Source of the DNA: a bacterium
GTDB lineage: Bacteria; Patescibacteriota; Saccharimonadia; Saccharimonadales; SZUA-47
Length of the DNA stretch: 64,000 bases
Direction: 5' to 3'
Assembly: GCA_030427445.1 (NCBI GenBank)
Contig: JAUIBQ010000003.1
Span: forward strand, 1,931-65,930
Positions 21,789-31,765 of this stretch are shown here, one piece after another. The number at the start of each line of letters is the position of its first letter. The stretch's first letter is position 1. Position numbers and translations under genes: made by a program. The notes under the pieces are model-generated. The model did no database searches. It had not been told where the DNA came from and saw only the letters and a program-made list of their open reading frames with translations.

Positions 21789-22349
21789 TTAAAACTTAAC
21801 GTCGACTGGCTTTTCAGCTACTGCTTGCTCAGCTTCATCAAGCTCGAAGAACTCTCGTGACTTAAAGCCAAGCATGCCCGCAAAGATGACGGTAGGAAAT
21901 ACCTGAAGCTTTGTGTTAAATTCACGAACTGCAGCATTGTAAAATCGTCGTGCTGCTTGAATCTTGTCTTCAGTGTCTACAAGCTCAGCTTGCAACTCTT
22001 TAAAGTTCTCATTTGCTTTGAGCTCTGGGTAAGCCTCCGCGACTGCGAAAAGACTTTTTAAAGCCCCACTTAGCATGTTGTCAGCTTCAGCTGTCTCTTG
22101 TACGCCTGAAGCATTTGCCATCGCTGCACGTGCCTTAGTAACTTCTTCAAAAGTACCTTTTTCGTGTTTTGCATATCCTTTAACTGTTTCAACCAAGTTC
22201 GGTATAAGATCGATTCTTCTTTTAAGTTGAACAGTAATGTCGCTCCACGCTTCATCTACACGGATTTTTGCTTTAACAAGTCCGTTATACACGGCTATAA
22301 AGAAGATTGCGAGTACCGCAACCAATCCTAAGATTACATACAATATCAT
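21789..22349 (-). CDS. lemA: LemA family protein
   Basis: [39 protein letters not shown]. Confidence 0.96.
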   Translation of the reverse strand: MILYVILGLVAVLAIFFIAVYNGLVKAKIRVDEAWSDITVQLKRRIDLIPNLVETVKGYAKHEKGTFEEVTKARAAMANASGVQETAEADNMLSGALKSLFAVAEAYPELKANENFKELQAELVDTEDKIQAARRFYNAAVREFNTKLQVFPTVIFAGMLGFKSREFFELDEAEQAVAEKPVDVKF

Positions 22350-22444
22350 TTATATTCCTCCTCTAACTTATAGTTTAAGTATAGCAAAAGTATCCCCTCA
22401 CTTACACTATTTTTACAACAAAAACCATGGTCTCTTATCGGCAA

Positions 22445-23548
22445 CTAAATGTCGAAATGGCCGAGTGATTGAGCTAAATGCACCTTACCAACCTCGATTT
22501 TATCTTTCATAAAGTCAGTCTTTTCCCATGAGTAACGCCGTATACGTAGAGTCATCTTAGATAGGACATAGCGTAATCGAAGCAATTCGAATCTTTCATC
22601 AAAATGTTCTGGCTTATCCGCAATCTGCCAGTAGCCGTCAAGGAAACCTTTTAATCTTTGTGGGTCAAAGAATGTGCTCCAGCACGCAATATCACTAACA
22701 GGATCGCCACCAACACACTCATCCCAGTCTATAATCCCAGTAACATCATCGCCATCTGTTAGCAGGTTCCAATCTGCGAAGTCATTATGCACTAATATAG
22801 CTTGCTGTACGTCCAATAGAGAATTGCCCGAACCATACAAAGTTGTAACAGATTGTGCTTGCTCGGCGGTAAGTACACCTTCTTTTGTTAAGACTTCAAG
22901 ATTAAAGGGCAAGCCAGCCCGAACTGCATCGCCGAATGTCTGATGTAATCCAACTAGTTCGCCAAGTTTAGCCCTTTCATTATTAAAAGGACCGAATCCA
23001 TCAACTTGTACTTGGTGTAGTCGAGCCATCATTTTACCAATTTGTGGTAACAACTTAGCTTCATCATCAGGATGTAGCTCTAACCATTTCTTAATGGCTG
23101 TGCCAGATAACTTTTCGATAACTTGAAATGCAAAATCATCTCCACCCTCGTAATCGTGGACTGCTAAAGTGTCATAACTGGGTAGACCAGCCTCTATTGC
23201 TTTATTTGCAGCTACTGACTCAGAATGAAAATAACCATTCTTTAAACCTTTAGGATGACAACGAATGATTACTTCTTTACCCGATACAAGTTCGCCTACT
23301 CTAACCGAATTTACATTTCCTAGATTAGTTTGAGCTTCTAGGTCCAAAGGTTCAACTCTAGCCAGCTTATCTTCTCTGATTACACCGTTCACAGCAACTA
23401 CAAGTTCTTCATCTGTAAAATAACGATGTCTGTCAGCCCATATATGACCAGCTTGTTCTGGGTCAACTGCACGGTCTGTCTGCCAATAAAAAATATCTTG
23501 TCTATCAGCTATGCCAACGTTGATTTTATCCATGTCAGGTCTAGTCAT
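22445..23548 (-). CDS. APH-family phosphotransferase
   Basis: ARLHQ, LVHNDF..WNLL, GIIDWD, GDP..D. Confidence 0.85.
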   Translation of the reverse strand: MTRPDMDKINVGIADRQDIFYWQTDRAVDPEQAGHIWADRHRYFTDEELVVAVNGVIREDKLARVEPLDLEAQTNLGNVNSVRVGELVSGKEVIIRCHPKGLKNGYFHSESVAANKAIEAGLPSYDTLAVHDYEGGDDFAFQVIEKLSGTAIKKWLELHPDDEAKLLPQIGKMMARLHQVQVDGFGPFNNERAKLGELVGLHQTFGDAVRAGLPFNLEVLTKEGVLTAEQAQSVTTLYGSGNSLLDVQQAILVHNDFADWNLLTDGDDVTGIIDWDECVGGDPVSDIACWSTFFDPQRLKGFLDGYWQIADKPEHFDERFELLRLRYVLSKMTLRIRRYSWEKTDFMKDKIEVGKVHLAQSLGHFDI

Positions 23549-23600
23549 TGGTTGCTCATCATGAATCTTTGATAGTTTAATAACTATATAAATTACTTAT

Positions 23601-23686
23601 TGGTGCGGATGAGAGGACTTGAACCTCCACGAGAAAATCTCACTACGACCTCAACGTAGCCTGTCTACCAGTTCCAGCACATCCGC
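23601..23686 (-). tRNA. tRNA-Leu(GAG)
   Basis: GCGGATG/CATCCGC acceptor stem, CTACG-TTGAGGT-CGTAG anticodon arm, long variable arm, CCA. Confidence 0.96.
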
Positions 23687-23791
23687 ATGGAATTGAAAGT
23701 CGAAGAGTATTATAGCAACTAAACTCTTCTCATTCCAGTGATTACTATTGATTAAATTCTTTTTCTAGGGTAGAATTACTTGAGTAAAAAT

Positions 23792-23868
23792 GGGTGATTA
23801 GCTCAGTTGGCTAGAGCATCTCGTTTACACCGAGAGGGTCGGGGGTTCAAGTCCCTCATCACCCACCA
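23792..23868 (+). tRNA. tRNA-Val(TAC)
   Basis: GGGTGAT/ATCACCC acceptor stem, TCTCG-TTTACAC-CGAGA anticodon arm, TTCAAGT, CCA. Confidence 0.97.
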
Positions 23869-23874
23869 AATAAA

Positions 23875-23902
23875 ACAGTCGATCTAAAAGGTCGACTTTT
23901 TT
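23875..23902 (+). terminator. Intrinsic terminator after tRNA-Val
   Basis: AGTCGATC-TAAAA-GGTCGACT followed by a T run. Confidence 0.7.
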
Positions 23903-24007
23903 AATTGTGACAAGAGGGGCTTGAATCCGTGAGGGGGATGAGTGCCAGAGAGGCACTCTGAGTAGGAGCGTCACTTGGAAACTCGTTTTCTAAGCCAGCG
24001 ACGATGC

Positions 24008-24028
24008 CAAGTCCCTCATCACCCACCA
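24008..24028 (+). repeat. 21 bp direct repeat of the tRNA-Val 3' end
   Basis: CAAGTCCCTCATCACCCACCA, identical to 23848-23868. Confidence 0.92.
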
Positions 24029-24035
24029 GATAAAT

Positions 24036-24066
24036 AACCGGTCTTCATAAAAGAGACCGGTTTTTT
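24036..24066 (+). terminator. Intrinsic terminator
   Basis: AACCGGTCT...AGACCGGTT followed by TTTT. Confidence 0.7.
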
Positions 24067-24087
24067 AAATGGTGTGAAAATATAAGA

Positions 24088-24111
24088 AGTTAAAAGTGCA
24101 AATGGCGTGGA
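24088..24111. repeat. 24 bp dispersed repeat, copy 1
   Basis: AGTTAAAAGTGCAAATGGCGTGGA, identical to 51055-51078. Confidence 0.9.
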
Positions 24112-24113
24112 TT

Positions 24114-24548
24114 TTATTGCCAAACTGCTAAAATTGCACCCATCACTGAAAGGGCAAAAATATCACCACCAAGCACAATCAACCAGTATTTCAATGACCG
24201 TTGCTCGAACTGCGACATCATGAGCTTATTCATGCCCAATAACCCGACCGCGACCATAGCGCCAAACAATGCTCCTTGGTATAGTTCATCAAGAACTAGA
24301 ACTTTGACAAGCAACCCCATGGCGACTGCAGTTACAAGTGTTGACAGAAACGACAAGCCCATGACCTTGCCCATGCCGTCTTTTGAGCCTTCATCCATCT
24401 TCTTTTTACTGAAGCCTATTTCTTTGCCCCATTGGTATGCCAAAACTGGCTTGCTATACCAAATAGCCCCACTCACAAATGCCGCAATTGCAGCTATAAG
24501 AACTGCTAAAACATTCAGCTCCCCTAAGTAATCTATAAATACTTGCAT
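24114..24548 (-). CDS. DUF1761-like membrane protein
   Basis: N.LAVLIA...GAIWYS..., four TM helices, FEQR..KYWLI..G. Confidence 0.8.
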   Translation of the reverse strand: MQVFIDYLGELNVLAVLIAAIAAFVSGAIWYSKPVLAYQWGKEIGFSKKKMDEGSKDGMGKVMGLSFLSTLVTAVAMGLLVKVLVLDELYQGALFGAMVAVGLLGMNKLMMSQFEQRSLKYWLIVLGGDIFALSVMGAILAVWQ

Positions 24549-24621
24549 AAACTCTTCCTTTTCTTACTGCCTATGTTAAGCAAGAGTATACTGCACATCC
24601 ACTTTTGTATCTACTAAAAAG

Positions 24622-26256
24622 CTATTTTCCTCTGGGGAAGAATGAGTGTTGATCAATAATCGTATAGTGTTCTCGTAGTAACGGTTTAAGCGTATCTTGG
24701 TGAGTTTGCTGCATGACACCAGGGTTTAACATTGAATAAGGGTCGAATACCTTTTTGATTTTTTTCATTAAAGCTAGCTGCTCTTCACTCATAAATTTCG
24801 GCAATTGTGCATTGAGCAGACGACCACTCTTAACCGCACCCGCTATAGTTCCGCGATATTCAGCAACCAAAGAATAATATGCATCAATTAGTTTGAACAC
24901 TTTTTGCCTATCTCCGAGCTGAGAAACGTTAAACAACGGCACAGCATGCACAACTCCAAGCCCCGCTTGGCCATATAGTATCGCAGGACGACCCGTCACG
25001 GTCGCGATCAAATCTTTTGCTTTTAATAGGAAATCAGATAGAGCTCCTACAGGGATGGTCGCTCCTGGGATTACTGGCAATGGCCGCAAATCATTCTCGC
25101 TATGCGCTAAAAATAATCCTGCGAGATGACTAGCAGCCTGCCATTGTTCAAAGTTTTCGTCATCTGTTATCACTACATCATCTGTTAATTTCTCTAAGAT
25201 TTTGTGCATCTTTTTAACATCACGTTTACCCATATTGTCACCTTCGTTATAGGTGATGAACAACGTGATTGCTGGCGTACTGTTTCCAAATGTACTCTTC
25301 AAAACACTTGGATTCGTTTTCTTTGCATAGTCGACAACACTTTCGTCTAAGAAGTCTACGCTCAAAGGAGTCTTCTTTAATGAGTTAATTTCATCGACAG
25401 CTGCAAAAGCATGTGATGCATCATCGAAAAATGCCACAACCATTTCGCGCTTTGGGTCATGCTGACGTGCAAGTAATGTAGCCTCAGTGACCAGACCAAG
25501 CGTACCTTGAGCACCAACAAATAAAGGCGTTAAATCAAATGAGCCATCAGATAATTTAACTTCTGCTATAGAATAACCAGCGAACCCATTTTCAGATGAG
25601 CGGATAGATTCTATAAGATCACTGTTCTCTTCTATTAAGCTATCTAATGATCGATATACTTCACCTTCAAATGAAGCTAGACCAAGCTTTTTGTTCAGCT
25701 CACGCTTGCTTAACCGACCAGTTTCGATAATCTCACCATTCGCTAAAACAACACGCAACTTATGAGTAAGCTCACTGATAGGGCCATACGCATACGCCTC
25801 ACCGACTAAATCATTGTTTCCGATAATTCCTCCTACTGTCACGCGCTCGTCGTCGACAGGAAAACTAGGGATATAGCGACCGTGAGTGTACAAGGTTTGC
25901 TGCAACTTACCAGCATTTGCGCCAACCTGAACAGTTACATCACCAGATTTCGGGTCAAGCTGGATGATTTTATTCATGTGTGCCGTTGTTGACAAAACAA
26001 TACCGTCTCCTAACGAAGCACCGGTTTGGTCACGGCCTTTTCCACGAATTGTGATTGGTATGATTTTCCCGCGTTCTGCAAGCTGCCAGCTAAAACGAGC
26101 CGTTTTACGTATGTCTTGTTCGTTCCTCGGGTGCGCGACCAATATAGGCTTAACACTAAGGATGCTTTCATCTGTCGAGAAATGCTCTAGGACATCAGGG
26201 CTAGTTAGTATTTCTCCAGTTAAATGTTGCTGTAAATAATGTGCAACTTTGTTCAT
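24622..26256 (-). CDS. FAD-binding oxidoreductase (GlcD/D-lactate dehydrogenase-like)
   Basis: RGKG.DQTG, TVGGIIGNN, FVGAQGTLG, K..FDP..MLNPG. Confidence 0.85.
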   Translation of the reverse strand: MNKVAHYLQQHLTGEILTSPDVLEHFSTDESILSVKPILVAHPRNEQDIRKTARFSWQLAERGKIIPITIRGKGRDQTGASLGDGIVLSTTAHMNKIIQLDPKSGDVTVQVGANAGKLQQTLYTHGRYIPSFPVDDERVTVGGIIGNNDLVGEAYAYGPISELTHKLRVVLANGEIIETGRLSKRELNKKLGLASFEGEVYRSLDSLIEENSDLIESIRSSENGFAGYSIAEVKLSDGSFDLTPLFVGAQGTLGLVTEATLLARQHDPKREMVVAFFDDASHAFAAVDEINSLKKTPLSVDFLDESVVDYAKKTNPSVLKSTFGNSTPAITLFITYNEGDNMGKRDVKKMHKILEKLTDDVVITDDENFEQWQAASHLAGLFLAHSENDLRPLPVIPGATIPVGALSDFLLKAKDLIATVTGRPAILYGQAGLGVVHAVPLFNVSQLGDRQKVFKLIDAYYSLVAEYRGTIAGAVKSGRLLNAQLPKFMSEEQLALMKKIKKVFDPYSMLNPGVMQQTHQDTLKPLLREHYTIIDQHSFFPRGK

Positions 26257-26433
26257 CCCGTTAGAAATCTCCTAGTACTTTTTGTAACATATTTTTCATA
26301 ATAATGATTATATTCTAAAACCTGTCAATTATCTCTTTTCTTACGGGATTTACGTTTTTTACTCCCCTATTACTTCGAGATTATTTTCTATAGTGTAGCA
26401 TAAGCACGTTCACTTTACACCTATAGCAGCCAG

Positions 26434-28344
26434 TTATTCAACTAGTTTTGGCACTTTGTCATTTCTTACTTTCCATTGAGATACAGAGCGATATCGATCA
26501 CTACTAGAACGCATAGGTGAGTTATCAAAGTCAGTAAATGTCCCTCGAACGACCATCGTAAACCGTGGTTGATAGATGCCAAAAGCTGGTGCTTCGTCAC
26601 GCCACGCTTGAAGGAATGGCTCGTATTTTACTTTTCTGAGCTCAATGTCGTTTCGTGTTCGTCCAGCTTCGAGTGCTTCATCAGCATCATCGTTACTGAA
26701 TTCCGAAAGATTCAGTCCGCTTCCTGTTGTTGAATCGACTTGAGAACTATGCCAGTACGCGAACACGTCCGGATCGTAGCCGATAGAAATCCCGTAGAGC
26801 AACACATCATAATCATGCCGTGCTATTGCACCTGATTGTATATCAGATTCACTTTGCAAGAAGACATTAACATTAACGCCAACCTCACTCCAATCTTCTT
26901 GGATTTGACCTATTACGTCTGAATACTCACCCAGTGACTGTGAGAACAACCGAACTGTCAACTCAACTCCATCTTTTTCACGTATACCGCGCTCGTTTTC
27001 TATCCATCCAGCACCTTCCAGAGCTGCCTTAGCAGCCTCTTGATCATAGGTAAGCTGAACTAAGTCAGGGTCGTATGTATCTTGACTACGTAAAAACGGA
27101 CTATTAACAGGCAATGTGTCAAACCCAAGCGCTTCTCGTGCCTTAGCAACATCTACCGCTTGCACAAGAGCTCTCCGAACCTCTTTAGATGAGAGTTGAG
27201 GAGTTGAGTTGTTAAAAAATGCCATCACTGAGCTAGTCAGTGGTGCCGTGACTACAGAAACATCATCTTCAGCGATAATATCCTCTCGTATTGAATCTAA
27301 ACCGACCATAGACTGAATCGTATCTGCCTTAAATGCATCTATCATCAAGTCTTCATTACGATACGTTCTAATTATCACACTGTCGACCATCGGTTTATCA
27401 GAAAAGTACAAATCATTGCGCTGTAGCACAATTCGCTCACTTCGCTTCTCCACATCATTCGTGTTACTCACTGCGACATTTCCAAATATGAACTCACCAG
27501 TACCTACAGGGCTGGAAGTATTAAATTCTGTACTTCTTAACTCTTGAGGATCAAAATCAGCTAACACATGCTCGGGGACAACCCCGTTTGTGAGCGAGTA
27601 GTGAAACGCGCTATAGATATTTGGTAGCTGGAAACGAACAGTATAGTCGTCTATCTTAGAGACTTTAACCGATCGCCAACTATTATAAAGTGGTGAACGC
27701 GCATCAGGATTCTGGATAGTTCTATAGGTAAATATCACGTCATCTGCAGTAAACGGCTCTCCGTCATGCCATTGAACATCACGTCGCAAATCCACTGTGT
27801 AGATTTTTTGAGTTGAATCAATCGTATATTTTGTTGCTAATCTTGGTTGAAGTGACCCATCGCCGTTAGTCACAAATAAACTCGCATACAGTAACCTTGA
27901 AACAGCAGCATCCACTCCGCTAGTAGCATATAGAGGATTTGAGTTCGTAAAGCTGCCAATCATACCTTCACGATACACTCCTCCGCCGACAGCAGCTGTT
28001 TTTAGGTAGTATTGATCAAGAGAAGAAACCTGCCACCACGCTCCTGCGATAAGCAAGCCAACTAAAATAACCCAGCTCATTACGAATCGCCGCACTTTAT
28101 AGAGTCTGTTTAGCCGCTTAAGAAAATGTACATCGACTGACTGGTCCATTTGTTCACGCGCTTTATCAGCACTTTTTTTCTGACGACGAACGATGCTTCT
28201 AATTTTACGCTTTGTTTTTGCTACTTTTTTCACAGACGTGACTTGTTGAGCAGTGGTAATTTGTGACTGAGGTTTCTTTTCAACAGGAGATACATCTCTT
28301 TTTTGAGCTTGTACACTACGTTTCTTTCTTGGTTGAAAATCCAT
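26434..28344 (-). CDS. Peptide/nickel ABC transporter substrate-binding protein (family 5), membrane anchored
   Basis: LR.DVQWHDGEPFTADDVIFT, PVGTG.F, VRRAL..AVD. Confidence 0.9.
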   Translation of the reverse strand: MDFQPRKKRSVQAQKRDVSPVEKKPQSQITTAQQVTSVKKVAKTKRKIRSIVRRQKKSADKAREQMDQSVDVHFLKRLNRLYKVRRFVMSWVILVGLLIAGAWWQVSSLDQYYLKTAAVGGGVYREGMIGSFTNSNPLYATSGVDAAVSRLLYASLFVTNGDGSLQPRLATKYTIDSTQKIYTVDLRRDVQWHDGEPFTADDVIFTYRTIQNPDARSPLYNSWRSVKVSKIDDYTVRFQLPNIYSAFHYSLTNGVVPEHVLADFDPQELRSTEFNTSSPVGTGEFIFGNVAVSNTNDVEKRSERIVLQRNDLYFSDKPMVDSVIIRTYRNEDLMIDAFKADTIQSMVGLDSIREDIIAEDDVSVVTAPLTSSVMAFFNNSTPQLSSKEVRRALVQAVDVAKAREALGFDTLPVNSPFLRSQDTYDPDLVQLTYDQEAAKAALEGAGWIENERGIREKDGVELTVRLFSQSLGEYSDVIGQIQEDWSEVGVNVNVFLQSESDIQSGAIARHDYDVLLYGISIGYDPDVFAYWHSSQVDSTTGSGLNLSEFSNDDADEALEAGRTRNDIELRKVKYEPFLQAWRDEAPAFGIYQPRFTMVVRGTFTDFDNSPMRSSSDRYRSVSQWKVRNDKVPKLVE

Positions 28345-28387
28345 GTTGATTTTTTACTCTACACCCCACTATTAAGTCATCATTCGA

Positions 28388-28609
28388 CTAGGCGAAGATT
28401 AGCTGCAGCAATATTGATAACGCAAATACTGTAGCTGAGATAATCGTAAGGTTAAAAATAGTTTTGTCAGAACCTCGACGCGTCATGTTCATTTCTGAAC
28501 TTCCAGTTCCTCCAAGGCCAGCTCCAAGGCCAGCTCCACGTACTTGCACCAAGATTAATATCGTCATAATAACGACGCTGACGATTGTGATTATATTCCA
28601 AATACTCAT
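28388..28609 (-). CDS. secG: Preprotein translocase subunit SecG
   Basis: ILVQ.RGAGLG...TRRG.DK....T; two TM helices. Confidence 0.9.
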   Translation of the reverse strand: MSIWNIITIVSVVIMTILILVQVRGAGLGAGLGGTGSSEMNMTRRGSDKTIFNLTIISATVFALSILLQLIFA

Positions 28610-28618
28610 GTATTCCCC

Positions 28619-28984
28619 TTATTCAGTTTCAAAAATACTCGTTACTACCCATTGTACCAAGCCAACGACTAAACCGGTAATTAAAGCAACTCCGAAACCT
28701 TCAACTTCAAGTGGACCGTATAAACGTGCAGCAAGCAACACCATAAGCGCATTAATGACTACCATAAAAATACCAACGGTTATCAAAACTGCTGGTAAAG
28801 TAAGAAAAACTACCAACGGCCTAATGAATGTATTAACCAAAGCTAAAAATAGACCAGCGAACACTACAGCGCTAAAACGACCTTCAAAGCTAATACTGTC
28901 GCTACCGAGTAGCTCAGAAGCGATCCACAATCCAACGCTTGACACAGCCCAACGTGTGGCAAATTTTGCTATTAGTTTTTTCAT
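28619..28984 (-). CDS. 4-TM holin-like membrane protein (YvlD/DUF360 family)
   Basis: LVNTFIRP...LTLP...T.G.F..VINA. Confidence 0.85.
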   Translation of the reverse strand: MKKLIAKFATRWAVSSVGLWIASELLGSDSISFEGRFSAVVFAGLFLALVNTFIRPLVVFLTLPAVLITVGIFMVVINALMVLLAARLYGPLEVEGFGVALITGLVVGLVQWVVTSIFETE

Positions 28985-28997
28985 AATCTGGTGTTTA

Positions 28998-30194
28998 TTA
29001 TAACAGTTTTGGGATTGATTCGGAGAGGTTTTTTATGCCGTTCTTTGTTATCACCACATTATCTTCAATCCTAATTCCAATTCCTTCATCTGGTAAGTAG
29101 ATCCCTGGTTCTACTGTGAGTACTGAATTCTCTACAAGCGGCTCGTCGTACAACCCTGCGTCGTGAACGTCGAGCCCGAGAAAATGGGAAAATCCATGAG
29201 GATAGCGGTCAATATTCACACCCAATTTTTTAAAGATTCGTTTCGCTTCATTCTCAGTTTTTTCCTGATAGTCTCGCAACTTAATTCCTGGCTTTAACTG
29301 GTTCATCGCAAAATCTTGCAGCTCTAAAACTGCCTTGTATAGGTCCTGTTGTCGCTGAGTAGGCTTCCCTATGGTCCAAGTTCGTGAAATATCAGCTGCA
29401 TAGCCATTGACCTTCGCTCCAACGTCGAGTAACAAGAGCTCATCGCCTATCAGCGCTTCAGAGTTACTGTTATAGTGAATGATACTCGCATTTTTTCCAC
29501 CAGCTATTATCGGCTCATATGCATGACCTTGACTATTACGACTGAAAAATCCTGCAGTGATTGCATTTTCTACTTCTTTTTCATTATTAAAATCGCCCAA
29601 CTTTGCTTTAACTTCTTCCAACGTATCAGCCGTGATGTCGATCGCTCGTTGGATCGCTTGTATTTCGACGTTTTGCTTCACTTGGCGAAGTCGCCCAAGT
29701 TCTTTTCTGACATCAATAATCTCGTCAGGGCTTGATACAAGTTCTCGTAACTTTGCCTCGAGCATTTTTCTAGCAGGATTTGCGTAAAACCCGTACGGCT
29801 CAACTCGCTCTGGAAGCGGGGCGAGATGACAAATAGCAAGATTCTTTTTCTCAGCTTCTTTAACAAAATTCGAAAGCTCACTTACGGCTCCATATGTACC
29901 GATACCGCTTATTTTTTTAAAATCAGCGTGGCTCTGTGCACCATCCCATTCTTTTTGGTACTCATTTTGCTCCGGCAACAAAAGTGTCGAGCTATTTTTA
30001 CTCGTATCGATTATCAATATCGCGTCTGGCGCGTTTAGACCCGTGAGATACCAAAAGTTACTGTCTTGTCGAAACTTGTACGGCAGATCGGCTGATTCTT
30101 GAAGTGACACATGCGCTGGTATACAAATCAAAGAGTTTGGGAGCAACGCTGCCAATCTCTCACGATTATTTTTAAAAAAGTTTGAATTAAACAT
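28998..30194 (-). CDS. pepP: Xaa-Pro aminopeptidase (M24B)
   Basis: FRQDSNFWYLTG, DVGA...ADISRT, H.LGLDVHD, TVEPGIY, GIRIED. Confidence 0.92.
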   Translation of the reverse strand: MFNSNFFKNNRERLAALLPNSLICIPAHVSLQESADLPYKFRQDSNFWYLTGLNAPDAILIIDTSKNSSTLLLPEQNEYQKEWDGAQSHADFKKISGIGTYGAVSELSNFVKEAEKKNLAICHLAPLPERVEPYGFYANPARKMLEAKLRELVSSPDEIIDVRKELGRLRQVKQNVEIQAIQRAIDITADTLEEVKAKLGDFNNEKEVENAITAGFFSRNSQGHAYEPIIAGGKNASIIHYNSNSEALIGDELLLLDVGAKVNGYAADISRTWTIGKPTQRQQDLYKAVLELQDFAMNQLKPGIKLRDYQEKTENEAKRIFKKLGVNIDRYPHGFSHFLGLDVHDAGLYDEPLVENSVLTVEPGIYLPDEGIGIRIEDNVVITKNGIKNLSESIPKLL

Positions 30195-30233
30195 TGCTCC
30201 ACATTATAAACGAAGTGAATGTTGCTTTAAGTT

Positions 30234-31748
30234 CTATATTGCACTTTTCTTATGAGCGCGGATGTACTGTTTTAAAATCGCCGCTTTCTTCTCGCCGAGT
30301 ATTTTCTCAAGGTCAGCAGTACGTGCTTGCATGACACCGCGTACGCTACCAAATTCACGGATGAGTTTTTTACGCGTTGCTACACCTATGCCGGGCACTT
30401 CATCGAGCCAACTCGTCGTCTGTCTGTTTCGCTTCAGCGTCGAGTGGTAAGTGACCGCAAACCGATGTGATTCATCACGTACACGCTGTAGTAGCTTCAC
30501 AACATCTGTATTTTTACCAAGCTCGACAAGGATAAACTCTTCATTCTCAGTGACTCTACTGTCAAATTGCAATTTTTTCGCAATTTGTATGTTAAATGTG
30601 ACATTTGAAGTTTCTTTATGGATGACGATTTCTTCTTCACGCTTCGCAAGGCCAATCATTGGTGTGTCGTGACCGAGCTCGTTGCGTGCACGGATTGCTG
30701 CCTGCAACTGCCCTTTACCTCCATCTATCAAAAATAGATTTGGTTTACCCCACTGTTTTACATTTTTAGGACTAAGCCTGCGAGAAATCACTTCATGCAT
30801 ATGCGCAAAATCGTCATTGCCTTTGATCCGCATCTTGAACTTTCGGTAATCACTTTTCAGCGGCATACCGCTCACAAACACTACCATACTTGCCACATTA
30901 TCAGTTCCTGACATATGCGATATGTCGTAACCTTCAATTCGCCTCGGTGGACTTTCTAGCCCCAGTAATTCTTGTAAACCTTGTAGCCCCCTATCCTTAC
31001 TTAAATCCATAAACTCTCTGTCACTAAATATAATTTGTTTCTTCAAGCTGTTTAGTTCATAGAGCTTATTTCGCAAGGCTGCTGCCTTTTCGAAGTCTTG
31101 CTCTTTTGCTGCAAGCTTCATTTCTTTTTCAATAGCTCGAACGATTTTTACACGATTTCCGCGTAGATAAGACATTAAGATTCGCAAGTTCTTACGGTAC
31201 TCTTCTAGACTTGTTTTGCCAGTTGCGATGCCTGGATCAAGTCCAATCTGTTCATAGAGCTTTGAACCCATTGTTGCTTCTTTTTCGCGAGTTGCAAACG
31301 GGAAAATTCTCCTGAGTAATCGCAACGCTCTCTTAACCGCATATCCTTGGATGTACGGTCCAAAATACTCAGCACCGTCATCAAGTGGACGACGCGTCAT
31401 AGTGACGGTCGGGTGTTGACTATTGATGTCTATCCGCACATATTGCAGACTCTTATCATCACGAAGCAAGATGTTGTAAGGAGGCTGATACCGACGTATC
31501 ATCTCCGCTTCAAGGAATAGTGCATCAATCTCCGTCTCAACCTCTATCCACTCCAAGTCGACGATTTCTTCAACTAAAGCTTCGGTCTTCGGGTCACGTG
31601 CACGTGATTTTTGGAAATATTGACGAACACGGTTTCGTAACACCGCTGCTTTACCGACATAAATAATCTCATCCTTGGAGTTTTTATGGAAATACACTCC
31701 AGGAGTTTTTGGTAATTCTTTAAGTTTTTCAGCTAGAGCTTTGTTCAC
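30234..31748 (-). CDS. uvrC: Excinuclease ABC subunit C
   Basis: GIY-YIG (PGVY...IYVGKA), UVR domain, EGYDISH, IDGGKGQL, RDESHRFA, HhH. Confidence 0.96.
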   Translation of the reverse strand: MNKALAEKLKELPKTPGVYFHKNSKDEIIYVGKAAVLRNRVRQYFQKSRARDPKTEALVEEIVDLEWIEVETEIDALFLEAEMIRRYQPPYNILLRDDKSLQYVRIDINSQHPTVTMTRRPLDDGAEYFGPYIQGYAVKRALRLLRRIFPFATREKEATMGSKLYEQIGLDPGIATGKTSLEEYRKNLRILMSYLRGNRVKIVRAIEKEMKLAAKEQDFEKAAALRNKLYELNSLKKQIIFSDREFMDLSKDRGLQGLQELLGLESPPRRIEGYDISHMSGTDNVASMVVFVSGMPLKSDYRKFKMRIKGNDDFAHMHEVISRRLSPKNVKQWGKPNLFLIDGGKGQLQAAIRARNELGHDTPMIGLAKREEEIVIHKETSNVTFNIQIAKKLQFDSRVTENEEFILVELGKNTDVVKLLQRVRDESHRFAVTYHSTLKRNRQTTSWLDEVPGIGVATRKKLIREFGSVRGVMQARTADLEKILGEKKAAILKQYIRAHKKSAI

Positions 31749-31765
31749 TCTACTATTTTATCAAT

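Noticed and set aside
28511..28537. Tandem 12 bp repeat CCAAGGCCAGCT
   Set aside because: Encodes the GAGLGAGLG loop of SecG; coding repeat only.
28619..28984. Holin-family and baseplate-J-like (53909-55594) genes as a prophage
   Set aside because: No capsid, terminase, tail or integrase genes; both sit in housekeeping operons.
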